Positions 9,783-21,348 are shown, counted from the stretch's first letter. The stretch: DNA of 64,000 bases from an uncultured Clostridia bacterium (GCA_944387405.1 CALXET010000005.1:30823-94822); one strand, 5' to 3'. A program made the numbers and translations. The notes: a model not told the origin generated them from the sequence alone.

Positions 9783-11939
9783 ATGAAAAAAATTGAACAG
9801 ATAATTGCTGAGGAATTAAATATTAAGTTATCACAAGTAGAATCTACAATAAAGTTGATTGATGATGGCAATACGATTCCTTTTATTGCTAGGTATAGAA
9901 AGGAAGCAACAGGAAATTTAAGTGATGAGACTTTAAGAAATTTTGATGAGAGATTGACTTATTTAAGAAATTTAGAAACAAGAAAAGAAGAAATAAAGAG
10001 ATTAATAGATGAACAAGGAAAACTTACAGAAGAACTTTCTAAAAGTATAGATGAGGCAAATATACTTTCAGAACTAGAGGATATTTATAGACCATATAAA
10101 CCAAAAAAGAGAACTAAAGCAACTATAGCTAAAGAAAAAGGATTAGAGCCACTTTCTGAAATTATATTTAATCAAGAATGCAAAGATGATATTTATAAAA
10201 TAGCAGAAAATTATGTGGACTTAGAAAAAGGAGTAGAAACTGCAGAAGATGCAATTTCTGGAGCTAAAGATATTATTGCTGAAAATATATCTGATAATGC
10301 AGGTTATAGGAAGAAAATAAAATCAATGTGCATAAGAGAAGCTATCATTACAACAAAAACAGGCAAAGAAGAAAATAACACATATGAAATGTATTCTGAC
10401 TTTTCTGAAAGCATTAGAACTATACCAAGTCATAGGATATTAGCAATAAATAGAGGAGAGAAAGAAGATGCAATTAAAGTAAAGATAGAAAAGCCAGATG
10501 AAAAAATACTTGCATATATTGAAAAAGATATTATTAAGGATAATAAAAGCCAATATGCAGAGATATTAAAAGACACGATACAAGATAGTTATCAAAGGCT
10601 AATTGAACCTTCTATTGATAGAGAATTAAGAGCTGACTTAACAGAAAAAGCTGAGGATAAAGCAATAAAAGTATTTGGAAAAAACGCGAAACAATTACTA
10701 TTACAGGCTCCTTTAAAAGGTATGACAGTAATAGGATTTGACCCAGCATATAGAACAGGATGTAAAATTGCAGTAATAGATGAAACGGGAAAATTGTTAG
10801 ATACTGCAACAGTATATCCAACAGAGCCTCAAAATGATGTAGAAGGCGCTAAGAAGGTTTTAAAATCATTTATTGACAAATATGATGTTAAAATGTTTGC
10901 AATCGGAAATGGGACAGCCTCACGTGAATCAGAGCAATTTGTTGCAGACCTTATAAAGGAAATTGATAAAGATGTTTATTATACAATAGTAAGTGAAGCT
11001 GGAGCTTCAGTTTATTCTGCTTCAAAACTTGCAACTGAAGAATATCCAAATATAAATGTTTCTTTAAGAGGTGCAATTTCTATTGCAAGAAGGTTACAAG
11101 ATCCATTAGCAGAACTTGTTAAAATTGATCCAAAAGCGATTGGTGTTGGACAATATCAACATGATGTAAATCAAAAGAAATTATCTGAAAGTTTAACTGG
11201 TGTAGTTGAAGATGCAGTAAATTCAGTTGGAGTTGATATTAATACTGCTACTCCATCATTACTTTCATATGTTTCTGGAATAAATAAAACAATTGCTAGA
11301 AATATTGTTGATTATAGAGATGAAAATGGAGTGATAAAATCAAGAAGTGAACTTTTAAAAGTCCCAAAGCTTGGAAAAGTAGCTTATGAACAATGTGCGG
11401 GATTTATAAGAGTTTTTAATGGAAAAAATCCTTTGGAGATAACAGGAGTTCATCCAGAAAGTTATGAAAAAGCACAAAATCTTTTAAAAGAATTAGGGTA
11501 TAGCATAAAAGATTTATTAGACAAAGAAATATTAGGAGAAATAAAAGAGAAACTCGCATCTGTAAATATTTCCGAAATGGCAAAAGAGCTTGACGTTGGT
11601 GAACTGACTTTAAAAGATATTATAGAAGAATTATCTAAGCCAGGAAGGGATCCAAGAGAGGATCTTCCAAAACCTATACTTAGAAGTGATGTTTTAAAAT
11701 TTGAAGATTTAAAAGAAGATATGATATTAAACGGAACGGTGAGAAATGTAACAGACTTTGGTGCTTTTATAGATATTGGAGTAAAACATGATGGATTAGT
11801 ACATATTTCTCAATTGTCAAATAGATTTGTTAAAAATCCTTCAGAAATAGTTTCTGTTGGAGATATAGTCAAAGTAAAGGTAATTGGAATTGATACTGAA
11901 AGACAAAAAGTAAGTTTATCAATGAAAGATATTAATTAA
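9783..11939 (+). CDS. tex: Tex RNA-binding transcriptional accessory protein
   Basis: TIPFIARYRKEATG, DPAYRTGCK, GNGTASRE, IGVGQYQHDV, C-terminal S1 domain. Confidence 0.95.
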   Translation: MKKIEQIIAEELNIKLSQVESTIKLIDDGNTIPFIARYRKEATGNLSDETLRNFDERLTYLRNLETRKEEIKRLIDEQGKLTEELSKSIDEANILSELEDIYRPYKPKKRTKATIAKEKGLEPLSEIIFNQECKDDIYKIAENYVDLEKGVETAEDAISGAKDIIAENISDNAGYRKKIKSMCIREAIITTKTGKEENNTYEMYSDFSESIRTIPSHRILAINRGEKEDAIKVKIEKPDEKILAYIEKDIIKDNKSQYAEILKDTIQDSYQRLIEPSIDRELRADLTEKAEDKAIKVFGKNAKQLLLQAPLKGMTVIGFDPAYRTGCKIAVIDETGKLLDTATVYPTEPQNDVEGAKKVLKSFIDKYDVKMFAIGNGTASRESEQFVADLIKEIDKDVYYTIVSEAGASVYSASKLATEEYPNINVSLRGAISIARRLQDPLAELVKIDPKAIGVGQYQHDVNQKKLSESLTGVVEDAVNSVGVDINTATPSLLSYVSGINKTIARNIVDYRDENGVIKSRSELLKVPKLGKVAYEQCAGFIRVFNGKNPLEITGVHPESYEKAQNLLKELGYSIKDLLDKEILGEIKEKLASVNISEMAKELDVGELTLKDIIEELSKPGRDPREDLPKPILRSDVLKFEDLKEDMILNGTVRNVTDFGAFIDIGVKHDGLVHISQLSNRFVKNPSEIVSVGDIVKVKVIGIDTERQKVSLSMKDIN

Positions 11940-12018
11940 AATTGAATTGAGATTTTTTAATATAAAAAGAGACGATTAAATGAAAATTTATATCGTCTCT
12001 TAATATTTAAAAAATTTA

Positions 12019-13104
12019 TTAATATTTAAGTTTGATTTCTTCTATTTTGTCATATTCATTTTCTAGAATATCCATGAATACAGGAACTAGTTTTGGATCT
12101 AACTGAGATCCTGCACAGTTTTTAATTTCTTCTTTAACATAATCAAGAGGAAGAGCTTCACGGTATGAACGTCTAGATGTCATAGCATCAAATGTGTCAG
12201 CTATAGAAGTTATTCTAGCTAGATAAGGAATTTCTTCGCCCATTAAATTATTAGGATATCCTTTGCCATCATATCTTTCATGATGGTGTTTTACGATTGG
12301 AATTATATCTTTAAAAATAGAAGCATTTGATAATATGTGTGCACCAATAGATGGATGATTTTTAATTTCTGAATATTCATCAGGTGTTAATTTATCATTT
12401 TTTAATAGTATTGCATCTGGAATTCCAATTTTACCAATATCATGAAATAAACCACCTATTTTTAATTTCTTTAGTTCATCATCACTTAATCCAATTTTTT
12501 TACCAATTAGTGTTGCATATTCAGAAACTCTATCAGAATGACCTCGAGTATATACATCTTTAGCTTCAACTGTATACCTTAATGTTTCTATTGTTTCAAG
12601 ATAAGCCTTTTCAAGAAGTTCCTTTGATTGTTCTAAATCAGAATTGATAGATTTAATTAGTCTCATTTGATCAACTGATTTTAAACCAGACTCGATAAGT
12701 AGTAATAACTGATCAAATTTATCACTTTTTTCGCAATAACCTTGAATATCTAACTTTTTAATTGTATCTAAAGGAGGGGCTAAATCTTTATGCCCAGTAA
12801 GCAATAATATATATAATTCTTGATCAAATTTTCTTATTTCTTCAACGACCTTATCTCCATGAATTGGAGTCATTATATAATCTAAAATCATAAGATCAAA
12901 ATGTTCAGTTTTTACTCTTTCTATAGCTTCTAAAGGATTAGTTACGCCTGTTAATTGATAACCAGATCTACTTAAATATACTGAAAGAGAATCTATTATT
13001 CCCATTTCATCATCAACGGCAATAATCTTATAATCTTTATTATGATTATCAGATTCATTTAAATTAGAATTTATATTTAATCTCATAAAAATATTACCTT
13101 TCAA
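12019..13104 (-). CDS. Response regulator with HD-GYP cyclic dinucleotide phosphodiesterase domain
   Basis: REC (IAVDDE, ILDYIM), GHSDRV, FHDIGKIG, HHERYDGKGYP; likely start ATG 13086. Confidence 0.92.
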   Translation of the reverse strand: MKGNIFMRLNINSNLNESDNHNKDYKIIAVDDEMGIIDSLSVYLSRSGYQLTGVTNPLEAIERVKTEHFDLMILDYIMTPIHGDKVVEEIRKFDQELYILLLTGHKDLAPPLDTIKKLDIQGYCEKSDKFDQLLLLIESGLKSVDQMRLIKSINSDLEQSKELLEKAYLETIETLRYTVEAKDVYTRGHSDRVSEYATLIGKKIGLSDDELKKLKIGGLFHDIGKIGIPDAILLKNDKLTPDEYSEIKNHPSIGAHILSNASIFKDIIPIVKHHHERYDGKGYPNNLMGEEIPYLARITSIADTFDAMTSRRSYREALPLDYVKEEIKNCAGSQLDPKLVPVFMDILENEYDKIEEIKLKY

Positions 13105-13136
13105 TTAAATATTATATTTATATAAAAACATATAAT

Positions 13137-15182
13137 TTATTTTTTGTAAATAGGAAGTGAAATATAAAATGTGGTTCCATTTTCTGAAGTATCAAAAGTT
13201 ATTTCACCATGAAAATGTGCTTTAATATTAGAATATGACATAAATAAACCAAGTCCTGTACCTTCTTTTCCTTTTGTAGTAATCATTTCTTTAAATAATC
13301 TTTCTTGTACATTTGGTGGTATTCCAGGTCCAAAATCTTGTACACTTATAATTATACGATTATCATTAACTTTAGCTGATAAATTGATAGTCATTTCTTT
13401 ATCTTTATTATTGTAAGCTTGTATAGAATTTGAAATCATGTTATTTAATATTTGAACTAGACTATTGATATTTCCATGTATTAAATCATTATCAGTTGTT
13501 TCATTCTTAATAACTAAAGTAGTTATTGAATTTTTTAATTCATGTTTCATTAATATGTCTACACGATTAAATAACTCAGAAATTGTAAATGGATAAATTT
13601 GATCTTCGGAAAATACAACAGCTTGTCCCTTAACTGCTGTAATAACATCAGACATATATGAAGTGTGTGATCTTATTTTATCTAGCCAAGTGTTTATATC
13701 TTTAACAATTGCATGATAATCATCTTCATTTACCTGAGGATTACCTATAGACATATCAAGTTCTTTTGCTAAATCTGATAGACCTTCTGCAGCACCAGAA
13801 ATAGACATTATAGGAGTTTTTAAGTTATGGGCTATACCTCCAATCATTTGTCCTAATGAAGCTAAACGTTCTCTTTCTATTAATAAATCTTGAGAACTTT
13901 TAATTTTTTGTAAATTTTCTTGATTCATAATTTGAATATTATTATACGCTGTACAAAGATCTCCTAATTCGTCATTTGATATAACAGGTAGAGTAGTGAA
14001 ATTGTCTACATCTTTGTTGTCAGATATATGACTTAAACTTTCAGATATTGTAGAAACTTCTCTTGATAATGAACGAACAAAAATAATCAAAAGAATAAGC
14101 ATTAAGACAAATGTTATAATAAATGTTACTATTATATATGTTAGAGCTTCACTGGAGTCTGTATGATAAAGTATACAAGCATAATATGAGCCATCTTTTG
14201 TATTTAATTTAATAGTTGCTCCTTGCGTGTCTACAGCATAACTATCATAAGTTTTTCCATTATTTTGTTCTGCATATTTTAGAGTATACTTTATGACAAA
14301 ATTAGAAGGAGCAGGCCCTGATAATAAGTCTACATCTCCGTTTTCAGATAAAATAAAAACAGAAGCTGACTCATTATATATTAAAAATTTATTTAATAAA
14401 TTTTTAATACGTGAATATGTGTACGTTTCGTTTTCGTCAAAAAGTATAGATAGATTTTTAGAATATACTTCAAATAATGCATCTTCTGATGATTTAATAG
14501 ACTTTGTATATCCAACAAGAGCGATTAGAAGCATACCAATAATACAAACAGGTATGACCTGCATTAAAATTTTTGTTCCAATATTTATTCTTACTCCAAT
14601 ATCTGCATCTTTTCTATAAATCTCTGATAATATTTTACTAAATAAGCTTTTTGTAAAAATATATGAAGTTACAGCAAGTAAAAAAGTAAATGCAACAATA
14701 AGAGTAGTTATTTTTAATATCATTGTCTTTTCGTGACTACCAGTAATCGATAATATTGTAAAACATATAATTGATGGAATTATTAATTCTACCAAAAATA
14801 TTATATAAGGTAAATTCAAGCATCTTTTTCTTATAATATCAATATTTTTTGAGTTATTGTATTTTAAATCATTTTTATTTTTATACCATTCATCAATTGG
14901 TTTAAAAACCTTTTTAATGACAAAGTATATCACAATTACAGCAATAATACCTATACAGGCAAACTGAGCAACATACGGAATTCCTGACATTTCAATATCA
15001 AAAGGAGTATTAATAGAATTAGGTGGGTAATTCAAAATTAATGGAAGTACTATTGATACTACGATTAAGATTATTGTTGAAAGTAAAGAAAAAATAAGAA
15101 ATAGTTTAGTACTAGGTAGATTAAAGAAGGTTATTTTTTCTGTACTATTATTTATTTGTTTTTTTGTATTCATAAATAACAC
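13137..15182 (-). CDS. Multi-TM sensor histidine kinase
   Basis: Several TM helices, HAMP-like NDELGDL, H-box IAHNLKTP, N-box NMISNS, DFGPGI, GTGLGL. Confidence 0.92.
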   Translation of the reverse strand: MLFMNTKKQINNSTEKITFFNLPSTKLFLIFSLLSTIILIVVSIVLPLILNYPPNSINTPFDIEMSGIPYVAQFACIGIIAVIVIYFVIKKVFKPIDEWYKNKNDLKYNNSKNIDIIRKRCLNLPYIIFLVELIIPSIICFTILSITGSHEKTMILKITTLIVAFTFLLAVTSYIFTKSLFSKILSEIYRKDADIGVRINIGTKILMQVIPVCIIGMLLIALVGYTKSIKSSEDALFEVYSKNLSILFDENETYTYSRIKNLLNKFLIYNESASVFILSENGDVDLLSGPAPSNFVIKYTLKYAEQNNGKTYDSYAVDTQGATIKLNTKDGSYYACILYHTDSSEALTYIIVTFIITFVLMLILLIIFVRSLSREVSTISESLSHISDNKDVDNFTTLPVISNDELGDLCTAYNNIQIMNQENLQKIKSSQDLLIERERLASLGQMIGGIAHNLKTPIMSISGAAEGLSDLAKELDMSIGNPQVNEDDYHAIVKDINTWLDKIRSHTSYMSDVITAVKGQAVVFSEDQIYPFTISELFNRVDILMKHELKNSITTLVIKNETTDNDLIHGNINSLVQILNNMISNSIQAYNNKDKEMTINLSAKVNDNRIIISVQDFGPGIPPNVQERLFKEMITTKGKEGTGLGLFMSYSNIKAHFHGEITFDTSENGTTFYISLPIYKK

Positions 15183-15193
15183 CTCGATTATTA

Positions 15194-18100
15194 TTATTTA
15201 TTATTTTTATCATTGTTATTTGCATTTATAAAACCAACGCTTATCATATAATTAAATATTTTATATAAATATTTATCATCTATTTTGCTCCATTTAAAAC
15301 CTAAATCTTTTAATATTTTTTGAGTAAAATCAGACTTAATATTTACAGTATAATTATATTTTAAAGATAAATTTGTTGTATCAATATCGTTAACTATTGC
15401 ATCAATTCCACTATTTAAAGAATTTGTATATTCTAATATTTTTTCTTTAAAACTATTGTCATCTAAAGGTTCAATTTGAATATTAAATTTTTCTAGTGCC
15501 TTTAATATATCTTTAACTAAAATCAAGTTGTGATTAAATAAATGGAATATTTTGTTGTCATATTGTTTAGTTCTAGCAAGACATACTATTGCAGATGCAC
15601 ATTCATCTACAGGAGTAAATTCAATTTGTTGATTAAGCATAGCTTGTGTTATTATTTTTAAATTTACTAGAGATTTTATTCTGCTATAAAATGCATTTGC
15701 ATTTATATTTTTTTGGAAAAAGCCATCTGAATATCTACCAGATATTATACCAATACGTAATACTTTTCCTTTTAACCCTTTTTTCATTGCAGAAAAGACA
15801 ACATTTTCTGCTTCTAGTTTGCTGTTTACGTATACATTTTCTGTGTAATGCTGACCTATATAAAAATTATTTTCAGAAAAATCAACATTATGATTGTCAT
15901 GTTTTAACAAATAATGTCCTGAAATGCTAATTGATGATAAATGTATAAACCTAAAATTATTTAATAAAGCAAATCTAGTTATATTTTTTGTACCAATTAT
16001 ATTTATATCTTTAAATTTATCAAAACTACCATAATGTTTAACAATAGCAGCTGTATGTATAATGGTAGATACATTATTTTTTATTATATTATAATTTTCT
16101 TCTGTTAAATTTAAATTTTCAGTAGTAATATCACCATTAATGACAAAAATTCTTTTATTAATGTATGGATTTATTGAGCTATTAAAATAATACTTATAAG
16201 ATTCAGATAATCTTTTTAAAGATGCTGCATCATCCACACCGCGTACTAAGCAATATATATTTACTTTAGTAGTATCTAATAATTCTTTTAATACATGAAT
16301 ACCTATAAATCCATTAGCACCAGTTAAAAATACATTTCCCATCTCTGAATCATCATTAATCTTAACAGCATGTTCGTCACTAGAGTGCAATAAAGAAGGA
16401 TCTAAAGTAAATGCAACTTCATCATGTACAGATTCAGAATTATCTATAAATTCAGCTAATTTTTTAATAGTAGAATACTTATAAAAAGTTTGTGTAGTTA
16501 AATTTAATTTGTATTTTAAAAGCATTGATTGTAATTGAACAATACTTAGTGAATCTAATCCAAGAGATATAAAAGGAGTATTTATATCAACATGATTAGT
16601 ACCATTATTTAATAATTTTAAGATATTCTTTTCTAATAATTTTTCTGTTTCAGTAGTTGCTTTTTCAAGTACAATATCTGTATTAATATTAGGCTTTGGA
16701 AGTCTTTTTCTATCTATTTTTCCATTTGGTGTAAGGGGTAATGAGTCAAGCTTTATAAAATATGCAGGAATCATATAGTTTGGTAATTCTTCTAATAGAT
16801 AAGATATTAAGTCAGAAATAATAATATCTTTTTTTGAAGAATAGTAACATATTAAAAACTTTGATTCATAAGGTACGATTACTGTTTCTTTTATATTATT
16901 ATAAGACAAAATTCTATTCTCAATTTCTCCAAGCTCAATTCTATATCCTCTTATTTTTACTTGAAAATCTGCTCTTCCTAGATGAATTAGGTCTCCATTT
17001 GGAAGTTGTTTTACTAAATCATTAGTGTTATATATAAATTCTTTAGTGTTATATGGGTTTTTAATAAATAATTTCTCATTTAAATCATTTCTTTTATGGT
17101 ACCCAGCACAAACGCCATCTCCACCAATATATAATATTCCTGGAGTTTCTGGTGGTAGTAATTTTAAATTTTTTTCATCTAATACATAGACAGTAGTATT
17201 AGAGATAGGAGTCCCAATTGTTATAGTACGTGATTTAGTTACATCTTTTATAGTAGACCAGACTGCTGTTTCAGTAGGTCCATACATATTATATATGTTA
17301 ATATTTTTTGATAAAGATCTTAAGTGTTCTAAAAGTGGTTGAGGTAAAGGTTCTCCTCCAACTAAAACATCTGTTAAATTTCCAAAATATCTACAATATT
17401 CGTAATTATTAGTTAATAAGTTCATTCTAGAAGGTGTAGTTTGAATTATATTTACATTATATTTTAAACATAAAGAATTAAGTAATTTAATATCATTTTG
17501 CTCTTTTTCAGTAGCTAAAACAATAGTAAGACCTTTTTGAAGTGGTAAATAGCTTTCAAGTACAAATATATCAAAACATATTGTAGTTACTGATACAATT
17601 ACTTTTTTATTTGAAAAATTAATTTTTTCAGTTGTCCCTAAAATGAAATTATTAATGTTTATGTGTTTTAATTTAACACCTTTTGGCCTTCCTGTTGAAC
17701 CAGAAGTATAAATTATATATGCTAAATCTGAAGATAAATTAATATGTGAAGGGTTTTCTGTAGATCCTATATAAATATTATTATCAGATTCTAAAGCAAT
17801 ATTTATTTTTTCAACTGTTTCAGGAAGCATATTAAATAAATTAGTTTTAGAAAGTACGATTTTTGTTTCACTATTTTCTAACATATAAGAAATTCTTTCC
17901 ATAGGGTATTCAGGATCAATTGGAAGATATGCGGCACCTGATTTTAATATTCCAAGTAATCCAATAAACATTTCGATTGACCTATTTATAAGTAATCCTA
18001 CAAAAGTATTTCTTTCTACGCCTTTATTCCTTAAAAAGTTTGCTACTTGATTTGCTTTTTCATTTAAATTTTTATATGTGATTTTTTTATCTTCGCAAAT

Positions 18101-19555
18101 TACTGCAATTTTATTTGGTGTTTTTGCAGCTTGTTTTTCTATAATACTATGTATTGTCTGCGTTTTATCATATCTTTTTAAAGTGTTATTGAAGTCATGT
18201 AATAATATGTTTTTCTCTTTTTCTGTTACTACTTCAATGTCTGAAAGTTTTTTATCAGCGCCTTCAGACAATATCTGCTCTATAATATATTTAATCCTTT
18301 TAAGTATTTTTGAAATATAAGTATCTGTATATTTAGAAATTTTATAATCATAAGATATAGACATTTTTCCTATATCAGAAACATCATGTATATGAATTTG
18401 TATATCATTAAAAATTGCATCTGGTTCAATCCATGTTGCAGAATATTTTATTAAAGAAAATTTCTCTTGTGTTCTTGGTTTCTGATAAGAAAATAAAATA
18501 TTATACAAATTACTTGTAGATTCATTTTTTTTCTTTGCATCATTTAGAATATTATTATAAGGATATTTTTGATGTCTAAAGCAAGACATCATATCTAAAG
18601 AGATATCATTTACTAAATTTTTAAAAGTATATGAAGGTTTTATTTTAATAGTAAATGGAATTGTATCGATAAATAATCCAACTGTATTTTTTTCTAAAGC
18701 ATTAGATCTATTTAATACAGGTGTACCTACTACAAAATTATTTAAGTTATTAATTCTACTAAAATAAATCGCGTGTATAGCAAGGAGAAAATTATATATA
18801 CTTATTTTATTGCTTTTGCAAAAATCATTTATACTTTCCATGTCTTTTTTTGATAAAGTTAAAGTTTTTCTATTAGCTTTATAATCTAAATCATTTGAAG
18901 ATGAGAGATCACATGGAATACATGCTTGAGATTCAGTAGAATAATCATCCCAATATTTTTTATCCTTAATAAATTTATTGCTTTGTTTATATTCTTTTGA
19001 AGAATTTATAAAATCAACATAAGAATAATTATTGTATTCTGGAATAGAATCTGTAGAATCTGTCTTGTTAGATAAAAAAGCATAATAATTTAATATTCTA
19101 TCAATAATAAGTTGAATGCTCCAAGCATCAGATATTAGGTGATGGGCAACGAAAATAAATCCTCCAGTTTTATCTGACAAAACAAATGGAATAAATCTAA
19201 ATAATAATGAATCATATGCGAAAATAGGTTGATTTGCTATTTCTTTGGCATATGCATTAACGTCGGTTATATTATTAAAATTAAGAAGTGAAAAATCAAT
19301 TTTTGAATAATCAGATATGTATTGATAAGGAATATTTGAATTACTAATTCCTATTTTTATTCTAAAACTATCAGTATTTTTAATAAAAAGATTTATAGAA
19401 TTAAATAATATCTCTTTATTTATTTGTTCTTTTATAATAAAAACTCCAGCAAGATTATTAATAGGTGTATTTTTATAAAATTGTTCAATTGAAAAAATTG
19501 ATTCTTGCTGTCCTGTTAATTCAAACTTTTTCATAACATCTTTCCTCATATACAA
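15194..19555 (-). CDS. Single-module NRPS, C-A-T-R (terminal thioester reductase)
   Basis: C: HHLISDA; A: YTSGSTGRPKG, YGPTE, QVKIRGYRIELGEIE, PLTPNGKIDR; T: LGLDSL; R: TGANGFIG and YVNSK. Confidence 0.93.
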   Translation of the reverse strand: MYMRKDVMKKFELTGQQESIFSIEQFYKNTPINNLAGVFIIKEQINKEILFNSINLFIKNTDSFRIKIGISNSNIPYQYISDYSKIDFSLLNFNNITDVNAYAKEIANQPIFAYDSLLFRFIPFVLSDKTGGFIFVAHHLISDAWSIQLIIDRILNYYAFLSNKTDSTDSIPEYNNYSYVDFINSSKEYKQSNKFIKDKKYWDDYSTESQACIPCDLSSSNDLDYKANRKTLTLSKKDMESINDFCKSNKISIYNFLLAIHAIYFSRINNLNNFVVGTPVLNRSNALEKNTVGLFIDTIPFTIKIKPSYTFKNLVNDISLDMMSCFRHQKYPYNNILNDAKKKNESTSNLYNILFSYQKPRTQEKFSLIKYSATWIEPDAIFNDIQIHIHDVSDIGKMSISYDYKISKYTDTYISKILKRIKYIIEQILSEGADKKLSDIEVVTEKEKNILLHDFNNTLKRYDKTQTIHSIIEKQAAKTPNKIAVICEDKKITYKNLNEKANQVANFLRNKGVERNTFVGLLINRSIEMFIGLLGILKSGAAYLPIDPEYPMERISYMLENSETKIVLSKTNLFNMLPETVEKINIALESDNNIYIGSTENPSHINLSSDLAYIIYTSGSTGRPKGVKLKHININNFILGTTEKINFSNKKVIVSVTTICFDIFVLESYLPLQKGLTIVLATEKEQNDIKLLNSLCLKYNVNIIQTTPSRMNLLTNNYEYCRYFGNLTDVLVGGEPLPQPLLEHLRSLSKNINIYNMYGPTETAVWSTIKDVTKSRTITIGTPISNTTVYVLDEKNLKLLPPETPGILYIGGDGVCAGYHKRNDLNEKLFIKNPYNTKEFIYNTNDLVKQLPNGDLIHLGRADFQVKIRGYRIELGEIENRILSYNNIKETVIVPYESKFLICYYSSKKDIIISDLISYLLEELPNYMIPAYFIKLDSLPLTPNGKIDRKRLPKPNINTDIVLEKATTETEKLLEKNILKLLNNGTNHVDINTPFISLGLDSLSIVQLQSMLLKYKLNLTTQTFYKYSTIKKLAEFIDNSESVHDEVAFTLDPSLLHSSDEHAVKINDDSEMGNVFLTGANGFIGIHVLKELLDTTKVNIYCLVRGVDDAASLKRLSESYKYYFNSSINPYINKRIFVINGDITTENLNLTEENYNIIKNNVSTIIHTAAIVKHYGSFDKFKDINIIGTKNITRFALLNNFRFIHLSSISISGHYLLKHDNHNVDFSENNFYIGQHYTENVYVNSKLEAENVVFSAMKKGLKGKVLRIGIISGRYSDGFFQKNINANAFYSRIKSLVNLKIITQAMLNQQIEFTPVDECASAIVCLARTKQYDNKIFHLFNHNLILVKDILKALEKFNIQIEPLDDNSFKEKILEYTNSLNSGIDAIVNDIDTTNLSLKYNYTVNIKSDFTQKILKDLGFKWSKIDDKYLYKIFNYMISVGFINANNNDKNNK

Positions 19556-19731
19556 TTTTCTTTAAAATTTAACACCATTATATAAAAAATATAAAAATAT
19601 GTCATCAATGAAACATAAAAAATAAGAAAAAGTAACTAAAAAGTAATATATAAAGAAGTTAAATATGAAAAAAAGTGTATAACTCATTGACAAAAAGGAA
19701 GAATACTATATATGTAGGAGAGATAATTTAT

Positions 19732-20848
19732 ATGTATGCAGAGAAAAAAGAAAGATTTAAAAATTTAGGAATACAGCTTTTAATAATAGTTTTAAGTTGC
19801 TTTTTTGGAATATTGGCATATATTATATATTTAGATAGTCAAATATATGTATATGAAAAAAGTGCGGTTGGATCAAAACTTTTAAGAGAAGCAGAAGTAA
19901 ATATAAACAATAATGAAATAAATTTAGAAAATATAACTAAGTGCGTAGTTGGGATATCAAAACTAGAAGATAATGGTACAAGTATTTTCCTAGAGAAAAG
20001 TACAGAAAAATTAGGACTGGGAACAGGTGTAATAGTTGGAGAAGATGGATATATACTTACAAATGAACATGTAGTTGGTGAGAAGTATAGTAGTTGTTAT
20101 GTGACGTTAGATACAGGAATTGAATATAAAGGTAGTGTAGTGTGGGCAGATAGTGAAATAGATTTAGCAATAGTAAAGATAGGAATCACAGGATTAGATA
20201 AAATAAACCTAGGTGATTCAAATAATATTAAGATTGGTGAAAGAGTTTTTGCAATAGGAAATCCTGTTGGCTTTGAATTTCAGAAGACAGTAACATCAGG
20301 AATTATAAGCGGAATAAATAGAACTATTAAAATAAAGAATGATGATGATACTTATTCGTATATGGAAAGTCTAATCCAAACTGATGCCACCATAAATGAG
20401 GGAAATAGTGGAGGCCCATTAGTAAATGAAAAAGGTGAGATTATTGGTATAACATCAGTTAAAGTTAATGATGCAGAAGGAATACGGATTTGCGATTCCA
20501 ATCAATGTAGTAAAACCAATTATAGAAAAATTTAAAAAAACAGGACGATTCGATGAAGCATACCTTGGAATATATGGATATGATAAAGAAGTAATTCCAT
20601 ATCTAAAAGATGCAATTGATTTTGAAAATGGTATATATATTGCAGAAATTAATAAATCTAGTAATCTTAAAAACTCAAACTTAAAATCTGGAGATATAAT
20701 TACGAAAATAGATGATAAAGATTTAACAAGAATGTCAGAGCTTAGAGAGTATATTTATGGGAAAAATCCTGGGGATATAGTAAGTCTTACAATTAAGAGA
20801 AATAAAAAAGAATTTATATTGAAAGTAAAACTTGGTAAAAAATTGTAA
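19732..20848 (+). pseudogene. htrA: HtrA/DegP serine protease split by a +1 frameshift at ~20485 between the protease and PDZ parts
   Basis: TNEHVV, DLAIVK, QTDATINEGNSGGP; conserved EGIGFAIP reads GAA GGA ATA c GGA TTT GCG ATT CCA with one extra C. Confidence 0.8.
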
Positions 20849-20942
20849 AATATTAAAGAATGTAGTATAATAAAAAAGCTAAACACGGAAATTTATTAAT
20901 TCAAAGTAGAAGAAGAGTTCTTTTTCGAAAGGGGAGATATAT

Positions 20943-21236
20943 ATGATAAAATATCTACTTTGGGGATTGGCGTGGATATTAAGCCAACAATTTTTAGCAT
21001 TGATTGGGATTATTGCTCCTGTTGGAATATTTACTTCCATTGTTGATGCGATTATTTCAATTATTGCTGTGCGGTTTGCCAGAAATCATGAGTGGCTTCT
21101 TGGAATCATTTGCGTAGTTTTTATCATTTGGTTCATAGGAGTATTGGTACAAGGAGAGTTTATTGGTGCACTCGTGTCACTTTTCTTAAACTCTGTGCTT
21201 CTGATTTTGGCCTTCAGTAAGAAGAATAGGGAGTAG
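20943..21236 (+). CDS. Small multi-TM hypothetical protein
   Basis: Hydrophobic 97 aa, SD GGGGAG, terminator hairpin downstream; GC-richer than flanks. Confidence 0.7.
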   Translation: MIKYLLWGLAWILSQQFLALIGIIAPVGIFTSIVDAIISIIAVRFARNHEWLLGIICVVFIIWFIGVLVQGEFIGALVSLFLNSVLLILAFSKKNRE

Positions 21237-21348
21237 AGATGCTCCCTATTTTTCTTTGTAAAAATTGAATAAAATGTATAAATATGGTATAATAAATAGG
21301 AACAAACGTAGAATTATCCAAATTTTCAAACAAAAAAGGAGGACATAC

